DNA from: Octopus bimaculoides | Lineage: Eukaryota | Assembly: GCF_001194135.2 (NCBI RefSeq) | Contig: NC_068994.1 | Span: 38,189,941-38,253,940, forward strand | Direction of reading: 5' to 3' | Length of the DNA stretch: 64,000 bases | Part shown: in pieces, positions 38,791 to 50,509 of the stretch | How the letters are laid out: every line of letters starts with the position of its first letter | Position numbering within the stretch: the first letter of the stretch is position 1 | Notes under the pieces: model-generated | Told to the model about the DNA's origin: nothing | Database searches by the model: none | The model's input: the letters and a program-made list of their open reading frames with translations, nothing else | Position numbers and translations under genes: made by a program

Positions 38791-39629
38791 TATCTGTGGG
38801 AGATTTCACTGCTATTCCCAGCCTGGACATATTTGTGAGTGTACATATATCTATGCTTGCATTTTTAAATGAACAATGAGTTTAACAGAAAGTGAGATTA
38901 AATATGTGAGTGATGAGACAGAGGTTCAGATCTAATTAGTTTCCATCACAACTACAACCACTGCTACTGCTTCTGCAACTAATATTACTAGTACTACTTT
39001 TATGTTCTGTGCTCAAGTTCTGCCAAGGTCAACTTTGCCTTTCATCTTTTTAGAGTCAATAAAATAAGTAGTAGTTGGTCACTGGGGTCAATATAATTGA
39101 CTTATCCCATTCCCCACATTTGTTACCTTTGTGCCAAAATTTGAAACCAATACTACTACTACCACTACTACTGCTGCTGCTGCTTCTATATTTGCAATTG
39201 CCACATCACCACTGCCTAAATTAGCACAAAACAATAGGGAAGTCTCAGTATGGTTGATTAACTTGCTGGGAATAGTAGTGAAATCTCCCTCATATTACAC
39301 CTCATCATTTTAAATAAAGATTACATTAAACAGCACAGTCCTCGATATCCTAATAATAACTCATCTCCACCATCAACCTTATTATCATCATCATCACCCA
39401 CATCCTTGTCATTACTATCATCGTAAGGCAGGAAGCTGGCAGAATCATTGGCACACTGGGCGAGGTACTTCTTGGTATTTCGTCTCCTGCAACGTTTTGA
39501 GTCCAGATTCCGTCAAGATCGACTTTGCCCTTCATTCTTTCAGGTTCAATAAATTAGGTACCGGTACTGGGGTCGATCTAATCAACTGGCCCCTTCCCCC
39601 AAAATTTCAGGCCTTGTGCCTATAGTAGA

Positions 39630-40135
39630 AAGGATTATTGCTATCATTGTCATCACCGTTGATGCCGTTATCATCATCATCATTATACCTCTCAATGTGG
39701 TTGTCATTGTCATCATTGTTGTTCTCATCATCATCATGTCATCATTATCATCATCACTTTCATCCATGTCACTTTTGTTATCATTGTTTTTGTTGTTGTT
39801 CCTATCATCATTATCATCATCATCACCACCACCATCACACCACTGTCATCATCATCATCCGCAGCAGCAGTATTATCATTATGATCATCCTCATCACCAC
39901 CACCACCACCACCACCACCACCACCACCACCAAGATTGTAATGACAAAGATGATGACAATGAATGCCACCACCACCACCACCACCACTACAATCATCATT
40001 GCTGCGTCAGCAAAATCCCAGCCATCATTATTGCCACCACCATCACTTACACCACCACAACCACAACCTTCATCATCCCCACCCCATCATCATTGCCATC
40101 ATCATCATCATTATCATCATAGATATTATCATCAA
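39630..40135. repeat. (CAT)n/(CAC)n trinucleotide field. Similar fields at 19050-19340, 29340-29490, 43845-44090, 54110-54266
   Basis: Directly visible. Confidence 0.9.
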
Positions 40136-40469
40136 TAGTTCAGTTTCTGTCCTCCATATTTCCATGATATGATTAAGAATGTTATAGCTATTCAGACTTG
40201 CAATATATCTCTCGTTTATTTCCACAACTTATTTCAAGCAAGAATAAAGTGACCTTGAAAACTTCAACTAATTAGAAGGTTAATAAAGAGCAGTTTCACA
40301 CAACATTGATACTATGTATAGTAGTCAGATATTGACTGCAAATAGCAAATATAATGGATAATTGATTTCATATACTTTATAATTGGACATTATCTTGTCT
40401 ATTTTTAATATAACCTTTTTGCATTTTTAAATATACTGTGACAATGTCTTGTCTGCATATAAGGATAAT

Positions 40470-40735
<266 letters not shown>

Positions 40736-41280
40736 ATGTTGTTCATATCCACTTTTCTGAGAGAAACATGTCTGGCCAGAAGAAATATTGCCTTGCTTGG
40801 AAACGGGTTCATGTTGGCAGATGTAAAAAAAGCTGCTTCAGCAAATTCTGTCTTACCCATGCAACCCATGGAAAAATAAATGTTAAGTAATGATGGTGAT
40901 GATGATGATGATACATAAATAAATACACACATACATAGCGGATATGCACACTCATGCATTCATGCAGAAGTTATTGCCACATGCACTCGCACACACAGCC
41001 ACATAGGAATTTGGTGTCACTTAAGAATCTCACAAATATTACCTAGTCATTGAGGTGCCTCTAACATCATGTCCAACCATGCAGTCTGTGAAATGCAGAA
41101 TTGGCACTTCTACTTGATGAATTTGTTGCCACTGATTTTTTCAATACCAATATCAACAACAACCATGTGACCTGCCTTGACTTATAGCAGCCCAATCTCC
41201 AGTAGCCATCTTGAACTTCCTCCATCCCTTCATTCAGTCACCTATACTTGAGCTAGGTTTGTATAACAAACCTACAAAAC

Positions 41281-41659
41281 ACAGTTCTATATTTAAGAGA
41301 TGAGGAATTATGCGCATTATTTATATTATTTACATTCGACAGATATTTGTCCTCATCTTGTTTGTTGTTAACACAACGTTTCGGCTGATATACCCTATGC
41401 CATATGCCCACGGGCATATAGCGTAGTGGTTAAGAGCACGGGCTACTAACCCCAAGATTCCAAGTTCAATTCCAAGCAGTGACCTGAATAATAATAATAA
41501 TAATAATAACATCGAAAAATACCTTAGGAATGAGAACCCATGTTTGAAATTTCCCCAAGACACCTGAAGAAGGCTGGAGGGTATATCAGTCAAAACCTTG
41601 TGTTAACAACAAACAAGATGAGGACAAATATCCGTCAAATGTAAATAATGTAAATAATG
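41281..41659 (+). mobile_element. Full tRNA-headed element with PLE-type tail, inverted 3' duplication and 14-bp TSD
   Basis: TSD CAAACCTACAAAAC at 41267-41280 and 41660-41673; inverted arm 41316-41396 pairs with 41578-41658; A box 41419-41429, B box 41464-41473; hammerhead layout 41559-41604. Confidence 0.92.
41412..41485 (+). promoter_or_regulatory. tRNA-derived Pol III head (not a functional tRNA)
   Basis: TAGCGTAGTGG A box, GGG-CTACTAA-CCC anticodon-like arm, GTTCAATTCC B box; no paired acceptor stem. Confidence 0.8.
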
Positions 41660-43326
41660 CAAACCTACAAAACTTTAAATTGCATGGAGCTGAATCTGAC
41701 TGTTATTAAATACTAATATATGTACTCTTAGTAATTGTGTTGAATGCCTGATTGCTTCTTTCTTTTATCTGTCTACTTACTCACACACACACACACACAA
41801 ACATACACACACACACACACACACCAACACACACACACACACACATACTCATAAGTACATAAACTTATAAATATAGTAAACATAAATGCAATTTAGTCAA
41901 CCAATTTTTTTTTTTAATACTTTTCTTTTAGTAAGATGTAATCAATATATTAGTAGAAGAAACAGACAGGACATCTCACTGTGAGAGTGAAAATATCCAC
42001 GTAAGTTTTTGGCAACAAACAGGAAAATTCTGTTATGAAAACTGTCTGTTGAAGAACACATGGTAAATCAAAATCACTGATAAAACAGTATGCAATGCAA
42101 ACAGGACAGTACAGTTCCTCTTCCTAAATTTAGAGTTTATAAAACTGCACTAAAATAGCCATCATAAACTATCAAAAACGATGATTTATTATTACAAAGT
42201 CTCTTTATGGATTTTTAATGAAATTATTGGAAAAAGATAGGTTGATGTCTAACTTAGGTGAAGCAAAATGTTTTATCAAATAATGAAATGGTGAAGCTTG
42301 AAATAGAACATGTAACATCTATTTTTGTTTTTTGTTTTTTTTTTCCGCTATCAGGCTGCAGAAATAAAATAATAAAAAAAATAATAATGATAAATGAATA
42401 ATTATCTGACATTGTATAAAGAGCAAAAATTTTTATCTATTTGTTTTTGAAGAAAAAAATTTTTTTTCTGCCCATCATCAATCGTATTCTTTATCTCTTG
42501 AAGTTCTAAAACAATATGTATATGTTCCCACTTGTGTGTGTGTGTCTGTGTTCCTATCTATAATTNNNNNNNNNNNNNNNNNNNNNNNNNNNNNNNNNNN
42601 NNNNNNNNNNNNNNNNNNNNNNNNNNNNNNNNNNNNNNNNNNNNNNNNNNNNNNNNNNNNNNNNNNNNNNNNNNNNNNNNNNNNNNNNNNNNNNNNNNNN
42701 NNNNNNNNNNNNNNNNNNNNNNNNNNNNNNNNNNNNNNNNNNNNNNNNNNNNNNNNNNNNNNNNNNNNNNNNNNNNNNNNNNNNNNNNNNNNNNNNNNNN
42801 NNNNNNNNNNNNNNNNNNNNNNNNNNNNNNNNNNNNNNNNNNNNNNNNNNNNNNNNNNNNNNNNNNNNNNNNNNNNNNNNNNNNNNNNNNNNNNNNNNNN
42901 NNNNNNNNNNNNNNNNNNNNNNNNNNNNNNNNNNNNNNNNNNNNNNNNNNNNNNNNNNNNNNNNNNNNNNNNNNNNNNNNNNNNNNNNNNNNNNNNNNNN
43001 NNNNNNNNNNNNNNNNNNNNNNNNNNNNNNNNNNNNNNNNNNNNNNNNNNNNNNNNNNNNNNNNNNNNNNNNNNNNNNNNNNNNNNNNNNNNNNNNNNNN
43101 NNNNNNNNNNNNNNNNNNNNNNNNNNNNNNNNNNNNNNNNNNNNNNNNNNNNNNNNNNNNNNNNNNNNNNNNNNNNNNNNNNNNNNNNNNNNNNNNNNNN
43201 NNNNNNNNNNNNNNNNNNNNNNNNNNNNNNNNNNNNNNNNNNNNNNNNNNNNNNNNNNNNNNNNNNNNNNNNNNNNNNNNNNNNNNNNNNNNNNNNNNNN
43301 NNNNNNNNNNNNNNNNNNNNNNNNNN

Positions 43327-43572
43327 ATAAGGAGCACTCCATCGGTTATGACGACAAGGGTCCCAGCTGATACGATCAACGAAAGAGCTTGCACGTGAAA
43401 TTAACGTGCAAGTGACTGAGCAATCCACAGACACGTGTACCCTTAACGTAGTTCTCGGGGAGACTCAGCGTGACACATAGCGTGACAAGGCCGGCCCTTT
43501 GACATACAGGTACTACTCATTTTTGCCAGCTGAGTGGAAATAAATTTTCTGGCCCAAGGACACAACATATTG
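43327..43572 (-). mobile_element. SINE family C, body variant 2
   Basis: Minus strand GTTGTGTCCTTGGGCCAG..CCACTCAGCTGGCAAAAATGAGTAGTACC followed by a body unlike that of 48612-48930. Confidence 0.75.
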
Positions 43573-44093
43573 CCGGGAACACACAAATACACACACACAC
43601 ACACATATATATATACACACATATATATATATACACACACACACATATATATACACACACACATATGCATACATTGATACACGTTTGTGTGTATAAGAGA
43701 TTGTAAAAGACAAGATGTAATCTTACTTGTCTCCAGTCTGGAGTCTGGTCCCTTGTGTACAAATGATGATATTTTAAGTACCACGTGTATGTAATTGTAT
43801 CAAGGAGAATATGATAGTACCTCTGTTGTGATATCCTCATTATAGTTATTATGGTCATGACAGGTGTCGGAATTGTCTTCCTCGTTGTTATCATCATCAC
43901 GGTAATCACTACCATAACTACTGCTATCACAAAGACGATAACCACCACCACCACTATCATCATCATCACTACCATCACAACAACAACCACCATTATCATC
44001 ATCATTGTCCTCATGACTACCATCATTGTAATCACCACTACTACTACCATCATCATCATCATCATCGTCATCAATAATATCATAATGACATGA

Positions 44094-44540
44094 TGAACAT
44101 TATCTGTCACTATAACAACTGTGTGGTGATAGAGTTGGATTTACGAACACTATTCGTCACATTGGTCATTGTTTGGAGCTGTAGCAACATTATGCAACAT
44201 TTTCTGTCACTATTAGTAACTGCTCATAGAGAGGTGATAACACTATAAACACTCTTGGTCGCCATAGCAACTGTAAGGAAATGCGATAACATTATGAAAA
44301 CTGTCACTGTAGCATCCATTTGAAGATGTGACATTATGATAATTATCTATTTCTATGGCAACTGTAGGGAGATGTAGCTGAATTATGAACATTATCTGTC
44401 ATCATAGCAACTCTTTTGACATGTAGCGAGATGGATGAACATTATTTGTCACCGTAGAAACTTTATGGAGATGTTGTGGGATTTTGGATACTGTCTGTCA
44501 CCATAGCAACTGTAGAGATGTATAGACATTAAGAACACTG
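44094..44540. repeat. Degenerate ~50-bp minisatellite, 9 units, each centred on an X-box-like 14-mer
   Basis: Unit approximately ATGAACATTATCT-GTCACCATAGCAAC-TGTAGAGATGTAG; motif starts at 44106, 44156, 44206, 44258, 44303, 44349, 44398, 44448, 44497. Confidence 0.85.
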
Positions 44541-44599
44541 AAGTGTCATTAAACTGTTTTGCAGGTGCTAATTTCTTGCAATCCATCTGGAATAAAAGA

Positions 44600-45115
44600 T
44601 ACAAAAGAGTAGAAAAGAAAGAGAAGAAAGAAAGAAAGAAAGAAAAGAGAGAGAGAGGGGAGGGAAGGGAGAGAGAGAGAGTAGAAGATAGAGGAAGAGG
44701 GGAGTAAGAGAAAAGAGAGGAGGGATGAGAGAGGAGTGTAGAAGATAGTGGGAGTGAGGAGTGAGAGAAAGAGAATGTTAAGATGTGAGAGAGAGAGAGG
44801 GAAAGAAAGAAGGGAAGAGAGAGAGAGAGAGAGAGAGAGCAGATGATAGTGGAAGAGAGGAATAAGAAAAAAAGAAAGGCAGGATGAGATAAAAGGTAAG
44901 AGAAAGGGTAAGAAAGATGGAGAGGGAGAGATGGAGAGAAAGATGAAGAGAGAGAGAGGAAAAGAAAGGGTATGAAAGAGAGAGCAGGCGATGTGGGAAG
45001 AGAAAAAAGTGAGAAGAAGACAGACAGAAGGAGAGAGAGAGAGAGAGGGGGAAGAGAGGGAGGAGAGAGAGAGGGGGAGAGTGGGAGGAGAGAGAGAGAG
45101 AGAAGGACAGAGAGA
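44600..45115. repeat. Polypurine (GA)-rich tract
   Basis: Directly visible. Confidence 0.95.
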
Positions 45116-45592
45116 GTGATACTGAAGCATATGAGGTATATACAAAGCTAACTTCAATGGAAAACATTAAATATAATTTGTGAACCATTTGTTATAATCT
45201 TTTACAAAACATGGTTCAGGAGTTGGCATAGTTTTTACATTATTTAGTTTGTGGGCATCAGCATTCTGAGTTCAAACCTTGCCTTGTCTAAGTGTACTTC
45301 TCTTAACACTTAGGTGTGTCAAAATAACTACAGGTTATTTTTTGTTGTTGTTGCTGTTAAGGTTTAGCTCCAGGTTAACCCTGTCTGAGCAGAATTAAGA
45401 TCAAAGACTCACCAGTTGTGAGTTGCTTGTCTTTAGTTTTACACAGTCTTTCCTAAGATTATATTGATCCAACTGGCAAAATTGCCTGTTTATCTATATA
45501 TCTGTCTGCCTTTCTGTCAGTTTATCAGGAAAGCTATGTCTATTTGTATCTATCTATCTATCTAGCTGTCCATCTCTCTCACCCTCACTTTC

Positions 45593-45637
<45 letters not shown>

Positions 45638-45644
45638 AAGCATC

Positions 45645-46360
45645 AGATGTGGTGTGCAAGAGAGACGACTGCACTGGTATGGTCATGTGTTACGTATGGA
45701 TGAGGACAGCTGTGTGAGGACACTCCCTAACAGTAGAAGGAACATGTGGAAGAGGTAGACCCAGGGAAGACATGGGATGAGGTGGTGAAGCAAGACCTTC
45801 AAACATTGGGCTTCACAGTGGTAATGACAGGAGATCAAGACCTTTGGAGATATGCTGTGATTGAGAAGAGCCCAGTTAAGAGTATCGCTGATGTGTCGTG
45901 CAATATGATATGCTTGAGAAGACCTGTTGAGTTAAGTAAAACCAATATCATAGCTGTGGCCAGTGCCTCCTGACTGGCTCCCATGCTGGTGGCATGTAAA
46001 AAGCACCATCCGAATGTGACCGGTGCCAGTACCCCCTGACTGGCTCTCATGCTGGTGACACATAAAAGCACCAACCGAATGTGGCCAATGCCAGTAACCC
46101 CTGACTGGCCTCCATGCCAGTTGCACATAAAATGCACTATCCGAATGTGATCAATGCCAGGCTCACCTGACTGGCTCCTGTGCTGATGGCACATAATAAG
46201 TGCCCACTACACTTTTGGAGTGGTTGGCATTAGGAAGAGCATCCAGCCATAGAAACATTGCCAGATCAGATTGGAGCCTGGTGCAGCTGCTGGCTCTCCA
46301 GACCTCAGTCAAACCATCCTACCCATGCCAACATGGAAAACAGACATTAAACAATGATGA
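45645..46360 (+). mobile_element. RTE-clade LINE 3' fragment: ORF2 C-terminus, 4 x ~66-bp UTR repeats and tail
   Basis: RCGVQERRLHWYGHVLRMDEDSCV..VEGTCGRGRP..KTWDEVVKQDLQTLG; CTGACTGG at 45970, 46036, 46101, 46167. Confidence 0.9.
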
Positions 46361-46555
46361 TTATACATACATATATACATAATTATGCAAACAAACAAAT
46401 AAAACCACTTGGGCTAGGTGCTAGATATATAAAATATATATATATACATATACATATAAATAGAGAGAAACATATGTATGTATTTATGATCACTAGGTAC
46501 ATGGTATTTCGTTATGCAAACACAATATACTATAAAGTATATAATCTGTATGTAT

Positions 46556-46815
46556 ATTCTGTAAATATTACTGTTTGTAAGCTTAGAGCTTACAAGCGAT
46601 CACTGAGTATTGACTAAAAATAGTCTAGTATTAGGGGCATATAAGCCCTTGACGGAAAAATGTGGGTTTTCCTCGTGTCCCATGCATATGGAAAAAAAAT
46701 TGATTTTTTTCTGTCAAGGGCTTATATGCCCCAATACTAAATTAGTTTCTTTAGTCAATACACAGTGATTACTTGTAAGTTTTAAGCTTATGACTATTAT
46801 TATTATTTACAGAAT
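46556..46815. mobile_element. Palindromic MITE-like element, about 260 bp
   Basis: Arms 46578-46660 and 46705-46790, e.g. GGGGCATATAAGCCCTTGAC / GTCAAGGGCTTATATGCCCC; outer ATTCTGTAAATA / TATTTACAGAAT. Confidence 0.85.
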
Positions 46816-48576
46816 CTTCTCTCATCACTGCTTCCCCGTTTATCGCATATGTATATTCTACATATTTTGTCCAACCAGTTTTATTTGTTTATTTCCATTA
46901 TTATCTTCACATCAGCTCATCTAGATTCCTCTTATGACCACTCTTTACCCTTGGGATTTAGTCCTTGGTAAAGATTTCGGAGTGTAAGTTCAATTCATTT
47001 GGGTGTTACTAAGTGTTTCCTGTATAGAGCATCTTTTGATCTCATCTGTTGACTCTCTATATATTCTTTCATTCTTTCATTCTTTTTCTTGTTTCGGTCA
47101 TCTGACTGTGGCCATGCTGGAGCACCGCCTTTAGTCGAACAAATTGACCCCAGGACTTATTCTTTGTAAGCCTAGTACTTAATTTATCAGTTTTTTTTTT
47201 CAAACCACTAAGTTATAGGAATGTAAACACACCAACATTAGTTGTCAAGTGATGGTGGGAGGACAAACACAGACTCACAAATACACACACACACACACAC
47301 ACACATACACACATACACATACACAATGGGTTTCTTTCAGTTTTCATCCACGAAATCCACTCACAGGGCTTTGGTTGGCCCGAGGCTATAGTAGAAGACA
47401 CTTGCCCAAGGTGTAGCAGGTGCTACACAGTGGGACTAAACCCAAAAGCCATGAGGTTGGGAAGCAAGCTTCTTACCACTCAGCCACTCCTTTATCTTGA
47501 TATTTTTCAGTCATAGTGTTTCAATGGCTGTATTACTATTGGATTGCCAAAATTGTCTGACAGCTAGTCAAAATGCCTTGTAGTATTTGTTCTGGCTGTA
47601 GGCATTATGAGCTCAGGTATCTCTCAGATCAATTATACCTTGCATCCTCTCGGGGTTGTAAAAATAAAATAGCAGTTCATGACAGCAGTTTGACAGAATT
47701 GTTAGAGCTTTAAAATGCTTTGCTGTCTTTGTTCTAGGTCCTTATTTTCTGAGTGTTGAGGCATATGTAGCACACTTGTCTGCATCTAGCAGACATAAAG
47801 GAGTTTTTCTCCCATGAAAATTCCAAGACAAGTACATAGGCCTTATCAAGTAAGTCACCAGGGACTTGATAGCATTAAAAAAAATGTATGTGCGTATGTG
47901 TGTGTGTGTCTTTGATTGTGTGTGTGTTTGCATGTTTAACTAGATAGACAGAGAGAAATAGATAGATAGTTAGATACATACATACATACATGCATTATTT
48001 ATATAAACACATACATATATTATTTACATAAATACATACATAATTACATTACATACGTACATATATATGTACATGTAAATTTAAAGAATTGCAATAAATA
48101 AGATGAAAAATGTATTAAGTTTCTTGTATGATGGTTAAAATTAATAAGTGTCCCAATTCTAACTGCACTGCAAAATTCAGCAGTTCTAATTGCTATTAAA
48201 GAAAGTATCAAGTTCTTTACATATATATATTTGTGTAACTCAGTTTTCTTACATATTATGTGTGATAAGCTAAAATGAGTTTATGTTAAAGAAACCATGA
48301 AGAGTTTTTGATTTTTTTCAATAAATATCTCAAAAAAGGCCTTTGGTTCTTAGAGTGATGTTATGTTTGGATTAAATCTGATCTTCATTGCATATATAAA
48401 TATTGTATATATTGTATATTTAAATATATGCATATCTGAATATATACAGAAGTGTAGCTTAAATATGTTTTTTACTGCTATTTTGATTCAATATTTGCAA
48501 GTAATACCTTTGTCTATATTTGCATACACACATATTTGTGTGTTTGAGTGTGTATCTATGTATATGTGTATATGTA

Positions 48577-48610
<34 letters not shown>

Positions 48611-48611
48611 G

Positions 48612-48930
48612 TGAGAGCGCATGGTTAGAGTGTCGAGCTTACAATCATGAGGTTGTGAGTTTGATTCCCAGACTGGACTGTGTTGTGTTTTTGAGCAAGA
48701 CACTTTATTTCATGCTGCTCCAATTCACTCAGCTGTAGAAATGAGTTCCAACATCACTGGTAGCAAGTTGTGTCTGCCTTTGCCTTTTCCTTGGATAACA
48801 TCAGTGGTGTGGAGAAAGGAGCTGGTAGGCATGGGCTGGCCTTCCACAAACAACCTTGCCTGAACTTGTGCCTCGGAGGGTAACTTTCTAGGTGCAATCC
48901 CATGGCCATTCATGACCGAAGGGGGTCTCC
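48612..48930 (+). mobile_element. SINE family C, full length, body variant 1
   Basis: tRNA-like head ..TGGTTAGAGTGTCGAGCTTACAATCATGAGGTTGTGAGTTTGATTCCC, central CTTGAGCAAGACACTTTATTTCA-type domain, body matching 2205-2470. Confidence 0.85.
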
Positions 48931-48949
48931 TCCTCCTCATGTATGTATG

Positions 48950-49002
<53 letters not shown>

Positions 49003-49119
49003 GTGTGTCTGTACACATATATGTATATGTATATCTATTTATTGTGTATATATATAAATTTATAAATAGATAGATACAAATGGACACTGGTATATATATG
49101 GTATACATATAAGTGCATG

Positions 49120-49160
<41 letters not shown>

Positions 49161-49380
49161 CATACATACACACACACACACGTGTGTGTGTGTGTGTGTG
49201 TGTGCGTGTGTATATATATATATATGAATCTGTACATCTATCTATTTATCTACCCATATTTATGCTTATCTCTGTGTATGTATGTGGGTATAAATATATA
49301 AATGCATATATATATGTATATTTATCTATCTACATGTCTCCCAATCTCTTTCTTTCTTTCCCTCTTTCTCTCTCTCTATG

Positions 49381-49449
<69 letters not shown>

Positions 49450-49520
49450 CATACATATATATGTATATACACACACATATATGTGTATGTATGTATACAC
49501 ATGTATACACACACACGCAT
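48930..49520. repeat. (TA)/(TG)/(CA) compound field
   Basis: Directly visible. Confidence 0.9.
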
Positions 49521-50255
49521 ACGTATAAGGAATGTGGAGCCTGAAATCCAGGAAGACTTTGTGAAACGCCAAAAGAAAATGTTTGGCAAACTGACCAATG
49601 TTTTGAAGCATAGATTTAAAATTATAGCCCAAGTAATCTGAAAGTAAGATATTATGTATTCATTCAGGCATCCCATGTTATCAGAGTAGAACTTTTGAAA
49701 AGTCTCTTCTACTTCTTTGCCAAATCAATTCGTCTAAAGATTAAATTTAGATCAATAACAGTAGAACTTACTAATTTTAACTTTAAGCAATAACTTTTTG
49801 TCAGAAAAGCTTACAGATGCCAAATTCAGTGAAGCCTATGTATCTTATATATGACAGAGAAGGAGGTCTGGAATGTGTAATTGAAACACTGGCACCAAAC
49901 ACTTTGTCTGTGATAGCTGCTTTAGATGAAGGAAGCTAATAGTTAAGATTTACGCAAAGTGTTACACACAAAATTTCTTGTACAATATTTTTTTTAATAA
50001 GTTTTATCATTCTAAGTCATTATCATCATCGCCATTATTATCATTCCAACTACTATTGTTATTGTTTTTAAGGCAACAAACTGGTAGATTTGTGAGTTGG
50101 TCAAAATACTCCTGGTCCTTTGTGTTCTGAGTTCAATTTCCACCAAGATCACGTTTTTTTTTTCAACCTTTTGGGGTCAATAAAATAAGTAGCAGTTGAA
50201 CATTGGGGGTGATGTAATTGACATGACCCTTCCACACAAAAATATTATTACATGG

Positions 50256-50472
50256 CCTAATGGTTTGGGTGTCACACTCACGATCTTGAGATCAGGATTT
50301 CAATTCCTAGACTAAGCAGTGTGTTGTGTCCTTGAGCAAAACACTTCCTCTCATGTTGCTTTGCGGTCACTTCAATGCCTGATATGTGGTACACCATGCA
50401 CCTGTTCAGACAACGTCGATTTGATGGAGGAAGTGAACCAATGTACAGCATGAACATTACATCACTAGTCCG

Positions 50473-50475
<3 letters not shown>
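50256..50475 (+). mobile_element. SINE family C, body variant 3
   Basis: TGGCCTAATGGTT.GGGTGTCACACTCACGATCTTGAGATCAGGATTTCAATTCCT..GTGTTGTGTCCTTGAGCAAAACACTT followed by a third body. Confidence 0.7.

Positions 50476-50509
<34 letters not shown>

Noticed and set aside
39582-40172. Poly-His/Thr/Ser/Pro ORFs of 60-168 aa
   Set aside because: Translations of (CAT)n/(CAC)n, open in several frames, with no domain.
41412-41485. tRNA gene with ACT anticodon
   Set aside because: No acceptor stem pairing, no Ser-type variable arm, and it is embedded in a TSD-flanked repeat; it is a SINE-like head.
42478-43434. Long ORFs of 250-320 aa (also 4038-4986)
   Set aside because: They consist of X residues from N gaps.
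44094-44540. CRISPR-like repeat-spacer array
   Set aside because: Spacers are homologous to each other, the repeats are degenerate, the context is eukaryotic and there are no cas genes.
44549-45188. 202-aa Leu/Ser/Phe-rich 'membrane' ORF
   Set aside because: Reverse translation of the (GA)-rich tract.
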